Assembly (NCBI GenBank): GCA_037130925.1 | Contig: JBAXSC010000002.1 | Span: 89,185-153,184 of the forward strand | Source of the DNA: Candidatus Nomurabacteria bacterium | Lineage (GTDB): Bacteria > Patescibacteriota > Minisyncoccia > Phycocordibacterales > UBA5272 | Reading direction: 5' to 3' | Length of the DNA stretch: 64,000 nucleotides | In this document: positions 1 through 8,530 of the stretch, one piece after another | How positions within the stretch are numbered: the stretch's first letter is position 1 | Layout of the letters: the number at the start of each line of letters is the position of its first letter | Made by a program: the position numbers and the translations under genes | Notes under the pieces: model-generated | Database searches by the model: none | What the model saw: only the letters and a program-made list of their open reading frames with translations | What the model was told of the DNA's origin: nothing

Positions 1-685
1 AATCATTAGGAACTTGAAACCATTTTGTACCACCATTATCATAGCCAAGCCACAACTTATCTTCTTTTAAGAATCTAAAAAAATCTTTAGTAGTAATTGC
101 ATTTTGATCGCCAAGAATTATAAATTTTTTATTGTGTTCTATCAATTGAGCTACATATTCTCGAAATAATGAAAACGGTGGATTAGTTACCACTATGTCA
201 GCCTGTTTTAAAAGTTCTATACTTTCATCACTTCTAAAATCTCCATCACCCTCCATCGGTGACCATTCATTATTTTTGTTGGCTTTGAGCTGTTCAGCAA
301 TATCACGTAAATCGAATGCGCCATCTCCATCAAGATCATTAACTTCATTAATAATAAATTTATTAGCATTATTTTTTGGGCGACCTTTTAAAGGAGTGAG
401 TGTCTTATCATCACCAAATAATCCGAGCTGAGTATTAGCAATAGGAGACGGCTTATAACTTGTGGCAATAAGTCTTTTTAAACCAAGTGCATTAAAATTA
501 TTTGCAAAGTATTTAAAGAAATTACTTTCAAAAGGATCGTCACAATTACAATACACCACCTTATCACGAAATTGCTCTTTGTAATGTTTTAGTTCTTTTT
601 CAATATCAATGAGCTGAGTATAAAACTCATCTTTTTTGGCTTTATTAGCTTTATGTAAATTATTATTTAGTGATTGTTGAGACAT
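1..685 (-). CDS. DNA adenine methyltransferase, EcoRI-methylase-like family (C-terminus cut by window edge)
   Basis: Reverse-strand ORF running off the left edge, so absent from the ORF track. Hand translation from the ATG at 683-685 gives MSQQSLNNNLHKANKAKKDEFYTQLIDIEKEL...ADIVVTNPPFSLFREYVAQL. It carries the NPPF catalytic tetrapeptide of N6-adenine MTases. Confidence 0.7.
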   Translation of the reverse strand, partial: MSQQSLNNNLHKANKAKKDEFYTQLIDIEKELKHYKEQFRDKVVYCNCDDPFESNFFKYFANNFNALGLKRLIATSYKPSPIANTQLGLFGDDKTLTPLKGRPKNNANKFIINEVNDLDGDGAFDLRDIAEQLKANKNNEWSPMEGDGDFRSDESIELLKQADIVVTNPPFSLFREYVAQLIEHNKKFIILGDQNAITTKDFFRFLKEDKLWLGYDNGGTKWFQVPND

Positions 686-785
686 GATATATACCCATTA
701 GATAACTTAATTTTATCACATTTTCAGCTTTTAAAAAATACAAAACACTTAATAAAAAAATCGGTTAAAGATCTTTTTTAGAAAT

Positions 786-1523
786 TTATTTAATATTATC
801 TCTGAAATAAGATGATCTATAACTTAGAACGTAATCAGGTGGCAAAACATTCTTATTGCCTTGCTGGAAAAACCAAAAACCTCCAAAATAATCTCTAATA
901 AGAGCACGTAAATAAAATCCATCAACTTGAAAACTTTCTCTTTTTTGACATGGAGTATTTTGATAATCCATAAACGACATTAGAGTATTATTATCATTCG
1001 GTCTAGTTATTCCATCGATACATTTTCCACCAAGATTTTCTGTTAATTCCAGATGAAATATTTCTTGATTTGTAATCAAATCTGTTATTGTATCTTCTTT
1101 ATCATCTGTCTTATTATCAGCATTCTCGCCAACAATATCACTCTCATATAATAGAAAACATCTTTTTTTATTATAGTCATAAACATAACTATAATCATTA
1201 TCGGAACTATGTTTATTTGAAAAAATATTCCAAGCATTCAAACAATCATTACCGCTAACATCTCCTTGTGATAAACCATCATAAAGTTTTTTGTTATAGT
1301 CTTCAACTGACGTTATTGAATTATCATTGCCCGATAATGCAATTTCATTTTGTTTATTTAATGTAGTTGTGGATATATTATTAGACTGATTAATGGAGTC
1401 TGAATTATAAGTAGTAGTATTACTATTTCCTTTCATTATTAAAAAAGTTCCAAAGATAATAGCCAAAACAAGAACCGCTAAAATTTGTAAATTAGTATTT
1501 TTTTTAATATCTTTTAATTTCAT
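786..1523 (-). CDS. hypothetical membrane-anchored/secreted protein
   Basis: 245-aa ORF with an N-terminal hydrophobic helix (LQILAVLVLAIIFGTFLIM) followed by an Asn/Ser-rich, Cys-containing domain. No family recognised. Confidence 0.6.
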   Translation of the reverse strand: MKLKDIKKNTNLQILAVLVLAIIFGTFLIMKGNSNTTTYNSDSINQSNNISTTTLNKQNEIALSGNDNSITSVEDYNKKLYDGLSQGDVSGNDCLNAWNIFSNKHSSDNDYSYVYDYNKKRCFLLYESDIVGENADNKTDDKEDTITDLITNQEIFHLELTENLGGKCIDGITRPNDNNTLMSFMDYQNTPCQKRESFQVDGFYLRALIRDYFGGFWFFQQGNKNVLPPDYVLSYRSSYFRDNIK

Positions 1524-1550
1524 AAATTTATTTTATTTATATAAAAAACA

Positions 1551-1685
1551 AAATAGGCACCCCATAAGGTGCTCACAAACCGATGGAATATCCACCGATA
1601 TGCTTCCCTATAGGATGCCTATTCAGTGCACATCGGCGGAAATACCTTAAAAAGATTATTCCTGTAATATTCGGTTTGTGAGCAT
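1551..1685. ncRNA. candidate structured element R, copy 1 (long bipartite hairpin plus loop-to-flank pairing); RNA versus DNA hairpin undecided
   Basis: Helix A 1570-1583/1671-1684 is 14 bp perfect. Helix B 1592-1603/1628-1639 is 12 bp with two A.C mismatches on the plus strand, which would be G.U on the minus strand. AATAGGCA 1552-1559 pairs with TGCCTATT 1616-1623 in the apical loop. A small hairpin lies at 1557-1572. Locally GC-rich, with the same architecture as 35392-35530. Confidence 0.45.
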
Positions 1686-1749
1686 GTTTATAATACCATA
1701 AAACTATAAAAAGTGATAAAATAACCTTATTATTACGATTAAAATTAAT

Positions 1750-2760
1750 ATGACAGAAGAGAATGAAAATAAAAAAGAAATAATAATAAATTTTAAAAAT
1801 TATCAAATAGATAAATTAAAAAATAATGAAAAAATATTTTTATTAAAAGTTCTTTTTTCTTATTATCAGGAAATTTTAATTACATATCGTGGTGATGGAT
1901 TATTTTATATCCCTTCCGGATTTGATGATTTAAATCATTACTTTAAGTTATTAAGAAAGAAAATTATTGAAATAATAGAAAGCGATGAAACATTTAATGA
2001 GATAAAAAATAATGATAATAAATACTCAATAATAAGTGAAATAGAAAATATATACGACACACAAGATTTTTTTTCTGTATGGGAAGAACATACATATCCT
2101 GCAATAATTTATATTAAAAATATTATTGACAATAAAGATTTATTTGAAAATAGTTTAAATTCTTATACTATTGATAAAAATGTTACAAAACTATTAGATA
2201 AAATCTCAAAAGAATTAGATGATGTAAAAGAAGTTTTTAAAGAAATAGATAAAGATTTTAGAAAAAAACTTTCTTTTCTAGAAACTCATTCTAAAGAAAA
2301 ACAAAAAGAAGAAAAAGAAACCACAATAAAACACGAACACTCTCATAAATTTGAAAATAGTATTCAAGAAAAACCACTAGATATTAATATAATAAAAGAA
2401 ACTATATTAAAAAATAAAAAAACACAAGAACCAAATGATTACCAAAAAATAAAAAAGATAGATAGAAATTTTAACGGTCTTGCTTATTGGACAGATGGTA
2501 GTATTACTTTTAATAATAAAGAATTAATATTGAGAGCTCAATTAAGAGATTTACTTAGATTATTTATAAGTAGTCCCAACAAAATAATGACATATGATGA
2601 TATAAAAGATACAATAATAAGAGCTGAGGATAGAGAGAGAACTAAAAACACAACTATTTCAAAATATATAAATGAATTAAAAGAAGAATTAAAAAAATAT
2701 ACAACGGATATTGTAATTAAAAATGAAAAAGAGACTGGATATAGAATAACTAAAACATAA
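1750..2760 (+). CDS. DNA-binding protein with C-terminal OmpR/PhoB-type winged helix
   Basis: 336-aa ORF. The C-terminal ~95 aa fit the trans_reg_C pattern (KELILRAQLRDLLRLFISSPNKIMTYDDI...ISKYINELKEELKK...ETGYRI). The N-terminal part has no recognised family. Confidence 0.6.
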   Translation: MTEENENKKEIIINFKNYQIDKLKNNEKIFLLKVLFSYYQEILITYRGDGLFYIPSGFDDLNHYFKLLRKKIIEIIESDETFNEIKNNDNKYSIISEIENIYDTQDFFSVWEEHTYPAIIYIKNIIDNKDLFENSLNSYTIDKNVTKLLDKISKELDDVKEVFKEIDKDFRKKLSFLETHSKEKQKEEKETTIKHEHSHKFENSIQEKPLDINIIKETILKNKKTQEPNDYQKIKKIDRNFNGLAYWTDGSITFNNKELILRAQLRDLLRLFISSPNKIMTYDDIKDTIIRAEDRERTKNTTISKYINELKEELKKYTTDIVIKNEKETGYRITKT

Positions 2761-2792
2761 TTCATATTCATAAATGAAATATGAATGAAATA

Positions 2793-2821
2793 AGTACGAG
2801 ATTATATTCTCGTACTTTTTT
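2793..2821 (+). terminator. intrinsic terminator
   Basis: AGTACGAGA-TTATAT-TCTCGTACT (9-bp stem) followed by TTTTT. Confidence 0.75.
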
Positions 2822-2847
2822 ATTAACCCAAAAGTACTTTAATTAAT

Positions 2848-3108
2848 ATGCAAATTAACAATAAATATAAAGATGCAAAATATATACACTACGTAACGGA
2901 TCTTGGTCTCGCTATAGCATTATTATGTCTAGATCATGAACTTATAACTTTAGAAAAAAAGGATTCTAAAAAATCAATTTTTCTATTCAGGAAAAGAGAA
3001 GATACAGAAAAAATAGAAAATAAATATTTCTCAAATAAATTAGAAGTAAAGGCGCGAGACTTCTGGGATCACTCTAGAGCTTTAAAAAGCAAACTCTATT
3101 CTGCTTAA
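2848..3108 (+). CDS. small hypothetical protein (resembles DUF5659-type phage/plasmid proteins)
   Basis: 86-aa ORF. The pattern YVTDLGLAIALLCLDHELITLEKKDSKKSIFLFRK is recalled from DUF5659-like proteins; assignment tentative. Confidence 0.5.
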   Translation: MQINNKYKDAKYIHYVTDLGLAIALLCLDHELITLEKKDSKKSIFLFRKREDTEKIENKYFSNKLEVKARDFWDHSRALKSKLYSA

Positions 3109-3110
3109 TT

Positions 3111-3311
3111 ATGGTTTTACCAGATGAGAAAGTAATCGAATTCCAAGACTTATACAAAAGTAATTTTGGAATTGAAATAAATAAAGAAGAAGCTTATGAA
3201 AAAGGAATTAAGCTTTTTAATCTTTTATCTCTCATCTATAAACCAATCTCTGAAAAAGAGAAAAAAGAAATCAACGAAAAAAGATTTCAAACTATTAAAA
3301 ATAAAAAATAA
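3111..3311 (+). CDS. small hypothetical protein conserved between the two tRNA-integrated elements
   Basis: 66-aa ORF. EFQDLYKSNFGIEINKEEAYEKGIKLFNLLSLIYK aligns by eye with ELKKILKTNCGITSDLTDEEVNNLGLFFLVSVAEYLK of ORF 36459-36638. Confidence 0.5.
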   Translation: MVLPDEKVIEFQDLYKSNFGIEINKEEAYEKGIKLFNLLSLIYKPISEKEKKEINEKRFQTIKNKK

Positions 3312-3321
3312 AATAATTAAT

Positions 3322-4638
3322 ATGAAAATAGAAAATACAAATTCTCAGTTTGAGCCAATAACTCCAGAAAGCCTCTCGGAGATATTGGATCTTACTATTA
3401 AAAATGATAATGAAAACAAAATTGTAACATTTTTATGTCAGCTTTCAGCATATACAGAAGATGCTCAATTCAATGTTTCTTTTAATAGCCCATCAAGTAC
3501 AGGAAAATCATATATCGCTTTAGAGGTATCACGACTCTTCCCAAATGAGGATGTTATCAAACTCGGTAATTGTTCAAAAACAGCCTTTTTCCACGAACAA
3601 GGAAGCTATAACAAAGAGACAAATGAAATCACTGTAGACCTATCTAGAAAGATACTAATATTCACAGATAGTCCTCATACAGGATTACTAGAAGGATTAC
3701 GTTCATTTCTTTCTCACGATGAAAAGATAATGTACTCCAAGATTACGGATAAGAATCAGAAAGGAGGAAATCGTACCAAAACAATCGCATTAAAGGGTTA
3801 TCCTTCTGTCATCTTCTGTACAGCAGGATTAAGAATGGATGCTCAAGAACAGACTAGATTCATTTTATTATCTCCTGAAGTAAATCAAGAAAAAATCCAT
3901 GCTGGTATATCAAACACTATTCGTAAAGAATCTGATAATGAAAAGTATAAAGAATGGCTTGATAATGACCAAAAGCGAAAAATGTTAAAGCTTCGTATAC
4001 AAGCAATCAGACAGGAACATATTGACGATATCAAGATATCAAATCAAGATAAAATCTTTAAGCGATTTTTTCAACGAGACAGAAAACTACAACCTCGTCA
4101 TCAACGTGATATTAAGAGATTACTTTCACTTGTAAAATCTTTCGCTTTACTAAATCTTTGGTGGAGAGAAAGAGATGGTTCAACTATAACAGCAAACGAT
4201 GAAGACATAGAACAAGCATTTAAACTTTGGGAGAAAATCTCAATAAGTCAAGAATTAAATTTACCTCCCTTCATTTATGATATCTATACACAGATAATTA
4301 TTCCAGCTTACAATGAGAAAAATGAATTTAAATCTCAAGTATTAAATGAAACACTTAAGAACGGTATTACTCGCCAAGAAATTCTTGATAAACATTTTAA
4401 AATCTTTGGACGTACATTGGATAATCAACAATTAAGACAACAAATTATTCCTGTACTAGAAACATCTGGATTGATTTATCAAGAACAAGACCAAACTGAT
4501 AAACGAAAGATATTAATATTCCCCTCTATGTTTTTTACTACGGAATCAGTGGAAAACAATAGTGATGATGAGTGTGGGGTAAATGAAAATTCTGAAGAAA
4601 ATTATAATGATAATAATTTTCAAAGACAGAACTCCTAA
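3322..4638 (+). CDS. P-loop NTPase, putative replication/helicase-type protein of the element
   Basis: Start moved to the internal ATG (MKIENTNSQ...) because the track ORF start at 3196 overlaps the upstream gene. Walker A-like SPSSTGKSY, Walker B-like ILIFTD, and a C-terminal acidic tail. Confidence 0.55.
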   Translation: MKIENTNSQFEPITPESLSEILDLTIKNDNENKIVTFLCQLSAYTEDAQFNVSFNSPSSTGKSYIALEVSRLFPNEDVIKLGNCSKTAFFHEQGSYNKETNEITVDLSRKILIFTDSPHTGLLEGLRSFLSHDEKIMYSKITDKNQKGGNRTKTIALKGYPSVIFCTAGLRMDAQEQTRFILLSPEVNQEKIHAGISNTIRKESDNEKYKEWLDNDQKRKMLKLRIQAIRQEHIDDIKISNQDKIFKRFFQRDRKLQPRHQRDIKRLLSLVKSFALLNLWWRERDGSTITANDEDIEQAFKLWEKISISQELNLPPFIYDIYTQIIIPAYNEKNEFKSQVLNETLKNGITRQEILDKHFKIFGRTLDNQQLRQQIIPVLETSGLIYQEQDQTDKRKILIFPSMFFTTESVENNSDDECGVNENSEENYNDNNFQRQNS

Positions 4639-4659
4639 TGATTTAGTAAAAACAAAGAT

Positions 4660-5250
4660 ATGATTACAAAAATAAAAACAACAAATGAGTATTTAAAACT
4701 GCCTATCAATTTAATAATAAAACAAAGTAAAGGTAAGAAAAATTATTCTGGCATAGCCAGTTTCACTTTTTCAAATAATAACGACCAAGCCAGATTGGCT
4801 TATTATGTTAACCTTGAAACTTTAAAATTAAGACTTATGTATAGTTATAACAATGACTATGAAGAAAAAATTAACTTAGATTATATAATAAATCTTACTA
4901 AGACAAATTGTAATTATGGTGGTTATAGATACTGGTATATATGTCCTCTGATTATAAATGAAAAGCCTTGTGAAAGAAGAGTTGGAATCATTTATGCTGG
5001 GAAATACTTTGGTTGTAGACATTGTTATAAACTAAAATATGAAAGCCAATCAAACTCAAATTATAGAAAAAATGGATTATATTACTCCTTTTTTAAATTA
5101 AGAGAGATAGATGAGATAGGAGAAAAAATTAACAAACTAAAAAGGTGGGGATATAAAGGAAAACCTAATAAGAAATATCAAAAATTATTAAACAAAATAG
5201 ATACAAATAGTAAGGTTATTGTCAATAATGCCATTAAAATAAGAGACTAA
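4660..5250 (+). CDS. zinc-ribbon hypothetical protein
   Basis: 196-aa ORF with a four-Cys motif: CNYGGYRYWYICP...CERRVGIIYAGKYFGCRHCYKLKYESQ. Confidence 0.55.
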   Translation: MITKIKTTNEYLKLPINLIIKQSKGKKNYSGIASFTFSNNNDQARLAYYVNLETLKLRLMYSYNNDYEEKINLDYIINLTKTNCNYGGYRYWYICPLIINEKPCERRVGIIYAGKYFGCRHCYKLKYESQSNSNYRKNGLYYSFFKLREIDEIGEKINKLKRWGYKGKPNKKYQKLLNKIDTNSKVIVNNAIKIRD

Positions 5251-5260
5251 TAATGGTATA

Positions 5261-5367
5261 ATAGATATGCAACACATAATTATTCAATCTGTCCTAAAAA
5301 AGAGGTAGTGATTCATTATGTGTTGCAACAGATTGAATTTCATTACCTCTTTTTTGGGATCTATACT
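5261..5367 (+). promoter_or_regulatory. interleaved inverted repeats / terminator-like hairpin in the LSR 5' leader
   Basis: A 5269-5280 pairs with A' 5315-5326. B 5282-5292 pairs with B' 5328-5338. C 5293-5307 pairs with C' 5344-5358. The order is A-B-C-A'-B'-C'. C' ends in a T6 run 27 nt before the LSR ATG. Confidence 0.5.
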
Positions 5368-5384
5368 TAAAATTAAATAAAAAT

Positions 5385-7004
5385 ATGAATGAAAAAAAAT
5401 TAAAGTATTTTCTCTATGCAAGAAAATCAAGTGAGTCAGAAGATAGGCAAGTACAATCTATTGAAGATCAAATTAAAGAATTAAAAGTAAAAGCATTGAT
5501 GTTAGGAATAACTATAAAAGAAATATTACAAGAAGAAAAATCTGCTAAGAAACCAGATAATCGTCCAATATTTTCGGATATGTTAAAACGAATAAAACAA
5601 GGAGAAGCGGATGGAATATTATGTTGGTCTTTAAATAGACTATCAAGAAATCCTGTAGACAGTGGAGCATTGAGTTGGATGTTGCAACAAAATATTCTTA
5701 AATGTATTCAAACCATGGATAGACCATATCTACCAGATGATAATGTTCTCCTGTTCAATGTAGAAACTGGAATGGCTAATCAATTTATAATTGATTTAAA
5801 AAAAGTTTGTATGCGTGGAATGGAAGGAAAAGCTGATAGAGGTTGGTTACCATCTAGAGCCCCTATTGGATATTTAAACGAGAAAGATAAAATTGAAGGA
5901 ACAAATCTTATAGTGGAAGATCCTGAAAGATTTAATCTTGTAAGAAAAATGTGGGATCTAATGCTCACAGGAAATTATGTAGTTCCTCAAATATATAAGA
6001 TTGTAAATGAAGAATGGGGATTTAGAACTAAAAGAACAAAAAGAGGCGGTGATGTGCCGATTCCCCTTTCTGTACTCTATATAATGTTTACAAATTTATT
6101 CTATGCTGGAAGATTTATGTGGAACGGAAAAGAATATCAGGGAAAACATAAAGCAATGGTAACTTTAGAAGAATTTGATAGAGTGCAAGAAATCTTGGAG
6201 AAGAAAGGAAAACCCAGATCTAAAACTCATGAATTTTCTTATACCTGTTTGATAAGATGTGAAGTTTGTGGATCTTTCTATACTGCTATAGAAAAAACTA
6301 AGTTTGTAAAAAAGGAAGATAAAAATAAAACATACACATATTATGGATGCATAAAAAATAAAGAAATAAAGTGTAATCAAGAAACTTTAAAATTAGAAAA
6401 TTTAGAAGATCAGATTAAATTAGAATTTGAAAAATATACCATACACCCAAAATTTTTAGAATGGGCTAAAGATATTCTAAATAAGAATAACGATAAAGAA
6501 ATAGAAGACAGAACTAAAATCTACGAGACCCAACATAAAGACTTGGTAAAAACCCAAACTGAACTAGATAACTTGGTTAGAATGAGATATAAAGGGCAAG
6601 TAGAAGATGAATTCTACACACAGGAAAGTAACCACTTAAAAGGCAAAATAACCCGCTTACAAGAGAATTTGAGACATACAGAGACACGAGCTGAGCAATG
6701 GATAGAACTGACAGAAAAGACCTTTAAATTCGCACTTTATGCTAGAAAATGGTTTGACGAAGGAGATATACATACTAGAAAAGAGATATTCTCAGCTCTT
6801 GGTCAGAACTTTACTATAAAGGATAAAAAACTCTATATAAATCAAAACGAATGGCTAATTCCAATAGAAAAAGCCTATCCTGAATTAAAAGCAAGATTTG
6901 AGTCGTTAGAACTAAATAAAAGCCAAGATATACAAAGCTATTATGTTGAATTAGACAAGCTAATTCTCGATTGGTGTGCCTATCCGGATTTGAACCGGAA
7001 CTGA
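5385..7004 (+). CDS. large serine recombinase (integrase)
   Basis: N-terminal resolvase domain (YARKSSESEDRQVQSIEDQ, LNRLSRNPVDSG), recombinase domain, Zn-ribbon (CEVCGS...YYGC) and C-terminal coiled-coil. The 3' end overlaps tRNA-His. Confidence 0.9.
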   Translation: MNEKKLKYFLYARKSSESEDRQVQSIEDQIKELKVKALMLGITIKEILQEEKSAKKPDNRPIFSDMLKRIKQGEADGILCWSLNRLSRNPVDSGALSWMLQQNILKCIQTMDRPYLPDDNVLLFNVETGMANQFIIDLKKVCMRGMEGKADRGWLPSRAPIGYLNEKDKIEGTNLIVEDPERFNLVRKMWDLMLTGNYVVPQIYKIVNEEWGFRTKRTKRGGDVPIPLSVLYIMFTNLFYAGRFMWNGKEYQGKHKAMVTLEEFDRVQEILEKKGKPRSKTHEFSYTCLIRCEVCGSFYTAIEKTKFVKKEDKNKTYTYYGCIKNKEIKCNQETLKLENLEDQIKLEFEKYTIHPKFLEWAKDILNKNNDKEIEDRTKIYETQHKDLVKTQTELDNLVRMRYKGQVEDEFYTQESNHLKGKITRLQENLRHTETRAEQWIELTEKTFKFALYARKWFDEGDIHTRKEIFSALGQNFTIKDKKLYINQNEWLIPIEKAYPELKARFESLELNKSQDIQSYYVELDKLILDWCAYPDLNRN

Positions 7005-7047
7005 GGGTTCCACAAACCCTAGTGCTAACCATTACACTATAGGCACC
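6972..7047 (-). tRNA. tRNA-His (anticodon GTG) with encoded G-1, A73 and CCA
   Basis: Reverse complement folds as G-1, GTGCCTA, D arm GTGT/GCAC, anticodon arm AGGGT-TTGTGGA-ACCCT, T arm TCCGG-TTCAAAT-CCGGA, then TAGGCAC-A-CCA. Confidence 0.9.
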
Positions 7048-7081
7048 ATACTTTTACGAAAACATTCAACATATTTTCGTG

Positions 7082-7163
7082 TGCCCGAGACTGGAGTTGA
7101 ACCAGCATGGGTTGCCCCGCTACCACCTCAAGGTAGTGCGTCTACCAATTTCGCCACCCGGGC
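7082..7163 (-). tRNA. tRNA-Leu (anticodon GAG)
   Basis: Reverse complement is GCCCGGG...CTACC-TTGAGGT-GGTAG, a long variable arm, T arm GCTGG-TTCAACT-CCAGT, then CTCGGGC-A. No CCA encoded. Confidence 0.9.
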
Positions 7164-7352
7164 AAAATAAGTGTAAAGTTTTTAATTATTTGTTTGCAAT
7201 ATAGCAACAAATAAAAATACATTACACCCCAAAAGAGACAGACTCATATAAGATTTTAATACTTATAGAATAGTGAAATATTTATCACTATATCTCTTCC
7301 GGACCTATATAATATCAAAAATTTTACTTTTTATCAATTAGTGTTTTAAAAA

Positions 7353-7880
7353 TTATTTTAAAACTTTTTTTAAAATATATCTTGAAAAGATGGTTATAAT
7401 TAGCGCTATAAAAACTACGACATACAAAGCAGCATAAGGATTAGAAACATTCTGTCTTACTTTTATATTTATATACCAAGATATACACCACCAGATAACA
7501 TCACCAATAAGAACTAAAGTTAAAACTTTTTTAAATTTTATATTGAGCCATGAAGCCAAAAAAGAATCTAAATAAGGAGTGTTTATTATGCCGATAAGAA
7601 TTAAAGAAAAAAATTCACCCTTTTTGCCAATAAAATTTTCTAATTTACTCGCAATAGTTTTGGATTTTATAATTATCTTTTTATGACTAAATCTTTTTTG
7701 TAAATATTTTCCAAGAAAATATGCAACTGTAATATCTAAAACTGATAATAAAACAAATAAAATATTTATTAAAAATAAATTTAAATGATTTTCTCTGATA
7801 AAAAATATTCCAGTATCTGTAGAAACTGGTTCTTGAATTATCAAGATAGGAATTATAAAAGCTAGATATTTTAGAGACAT
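7353..7880 (-). CDS. integral membrane protein (family not recognised)
   Basis: 175-aa ORF with about 5 hydrophobic segments. Confidence 0.55.
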   Translation of the reverse strand: MSLKYLAFIIPILIIQEPVSTDTGIFFIRENHLNLFLINILFVLLSVLDITVAYFLGKYLQKRFSHKKIIIKSKTIASKLENFIGKKGEFFSLILIGIINTPYLDSFLASWLNIKFKKVLTLVLIGDVIWWCISWYINIKVRQNVSNPYAALYVVVFIALIITIFSRYILKKVLK

Positions 7881-7922
7881 AGTTTTTATTTATAATAACA
7901 ACAATTTTAAATTAAACAAAAT

Positions 7923-7948
7923 AAAAACTCCATTTAAATGGAGTTTTT
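7923..7948 (-). terminator. intrinsic terminator downstream of rplS
   Basis: AAAAACTCCAT-TTAA-ATGGAGTTTTT, a perfect hairpin with A/T runs. Confidence 0.75.
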
Positions 7949-7955
7949 ATTTTTA

Positions 7956-8381
7956 TTATTCTGTTCCTTCTTCTACAGCTTCATCTTTTAATTCTGCTGT
8001 TGTGACACCATCTTTCTTTACGAATTTTGTATCAGCTTTTAGTTTTCTTCTTATATCTCTAACAGCTTTCTCACGAACATAATAAAGTTTACTTCTCTTT
8101 GTCTTTGCATGTCTGACAATTTCTATTTTGTCGATATTTCCAGAATATAGAGGGTAGATCTTTTCTACTCCTACACCACTCGCAACTTTTCTTACTGTGA
8201 ATGTAGCAGAGATATCTGTACCATGCTTACGAGCAAGTACTAGACCTTCGAAAGCCTGAAGACGAATCTTTCCGTCTTTATCTTTCAATTTGTTCCAAAC
8301 TCTCACAGTGTCTCCACTAGCGAATTCGAGACCTTTTCTCTCTTCCATATCAACCTTTGCTAATTTAATATTTGTTTTCAT
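7956..8381 (-). CDS. rplS: 50S ribosomal protein L19
   Basis: GDTVRVWNKLKDKDGKIRLQAFEGLVLARKHG...FTVRKVASGVGVEKIYPLYSGNIDKIEIV is the typical L19 core. Confidence 0.95.
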   Translation of the reverse strand: MKTNIKLAKVDMEERKGLEFASGDTVRVWNKLKDKDGKIRLQAFEGLVLARKHGTDISATFTVRKVASGVGVEKIYPLYSGNIDKIEIVRHAKTKRSKLYYVREKAVRDIRRKLKADTKFVKKDGVTTAELKDEAVEEGTE

Positions 8382-8530
8382 ATTTGTATTTTATAAGAAG
8401 CTTTTACAAAATTTAATTAATTTCAATTTTGTGAGAAACTACCGCATCAAAATATTTACATTTTGAGAATTTATAAAGCGATCTATACCCAGCTTTTTAT
8501 CTTAAATATTTCCTATTTAATTTATAGATA

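Larger units (their letters stand above)
1551..7004. mobile_element. integrated element at tRNA-His (minimum extent; left boundary not identified and may lie left of the window)
   Basis: The LSR gene at the right end overlaps the 3' 33 nt of tRNA-His. Cargo of wHTH, small ORFs, P-loop and Zn-ribbon genes is syntenic with the second element at 35.4-39.2 kb. Confidence 0.6.

Noticed and set aside
195-431. 78-aa plus-strand ORF from the track
   Set aside because: It lies antisense within the clearly coding reverse-strand methyltransferase (NPPF motif in frame), and its Ser/Leu-rich low-complexity translation is typical of an antisense frame.
1553-1561. The 9-nt identity ATAGGCACC with the tRNA-His 5' end (7039-7047), considered as the att core or direct repeat bounding the element
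   Set aside because: The same motif is present in the R copy of the element integrated at tRNA-Ser. No remnant of tRNA-His sequence flanks 1553. The motif therefore belongs to the R element rather than marking a junction.
1573-1806. 77-aa minus-strand ORF
   Set aside because: It spans structured element R and the start of the wHTH gene, and its composition is that of non-coding AT-rich sequence. The region is better explained by the conserved hairpin architecture.
3196-3321. N-terminal extension of the P-loop protein ORF (track start at 3196)
   Set aside because: The extension overlaps the 3' half of the preceding 66-aa gene in another frame and is Lys-rich low complexity. The ATG at 3322 follows the upstream stop directly.
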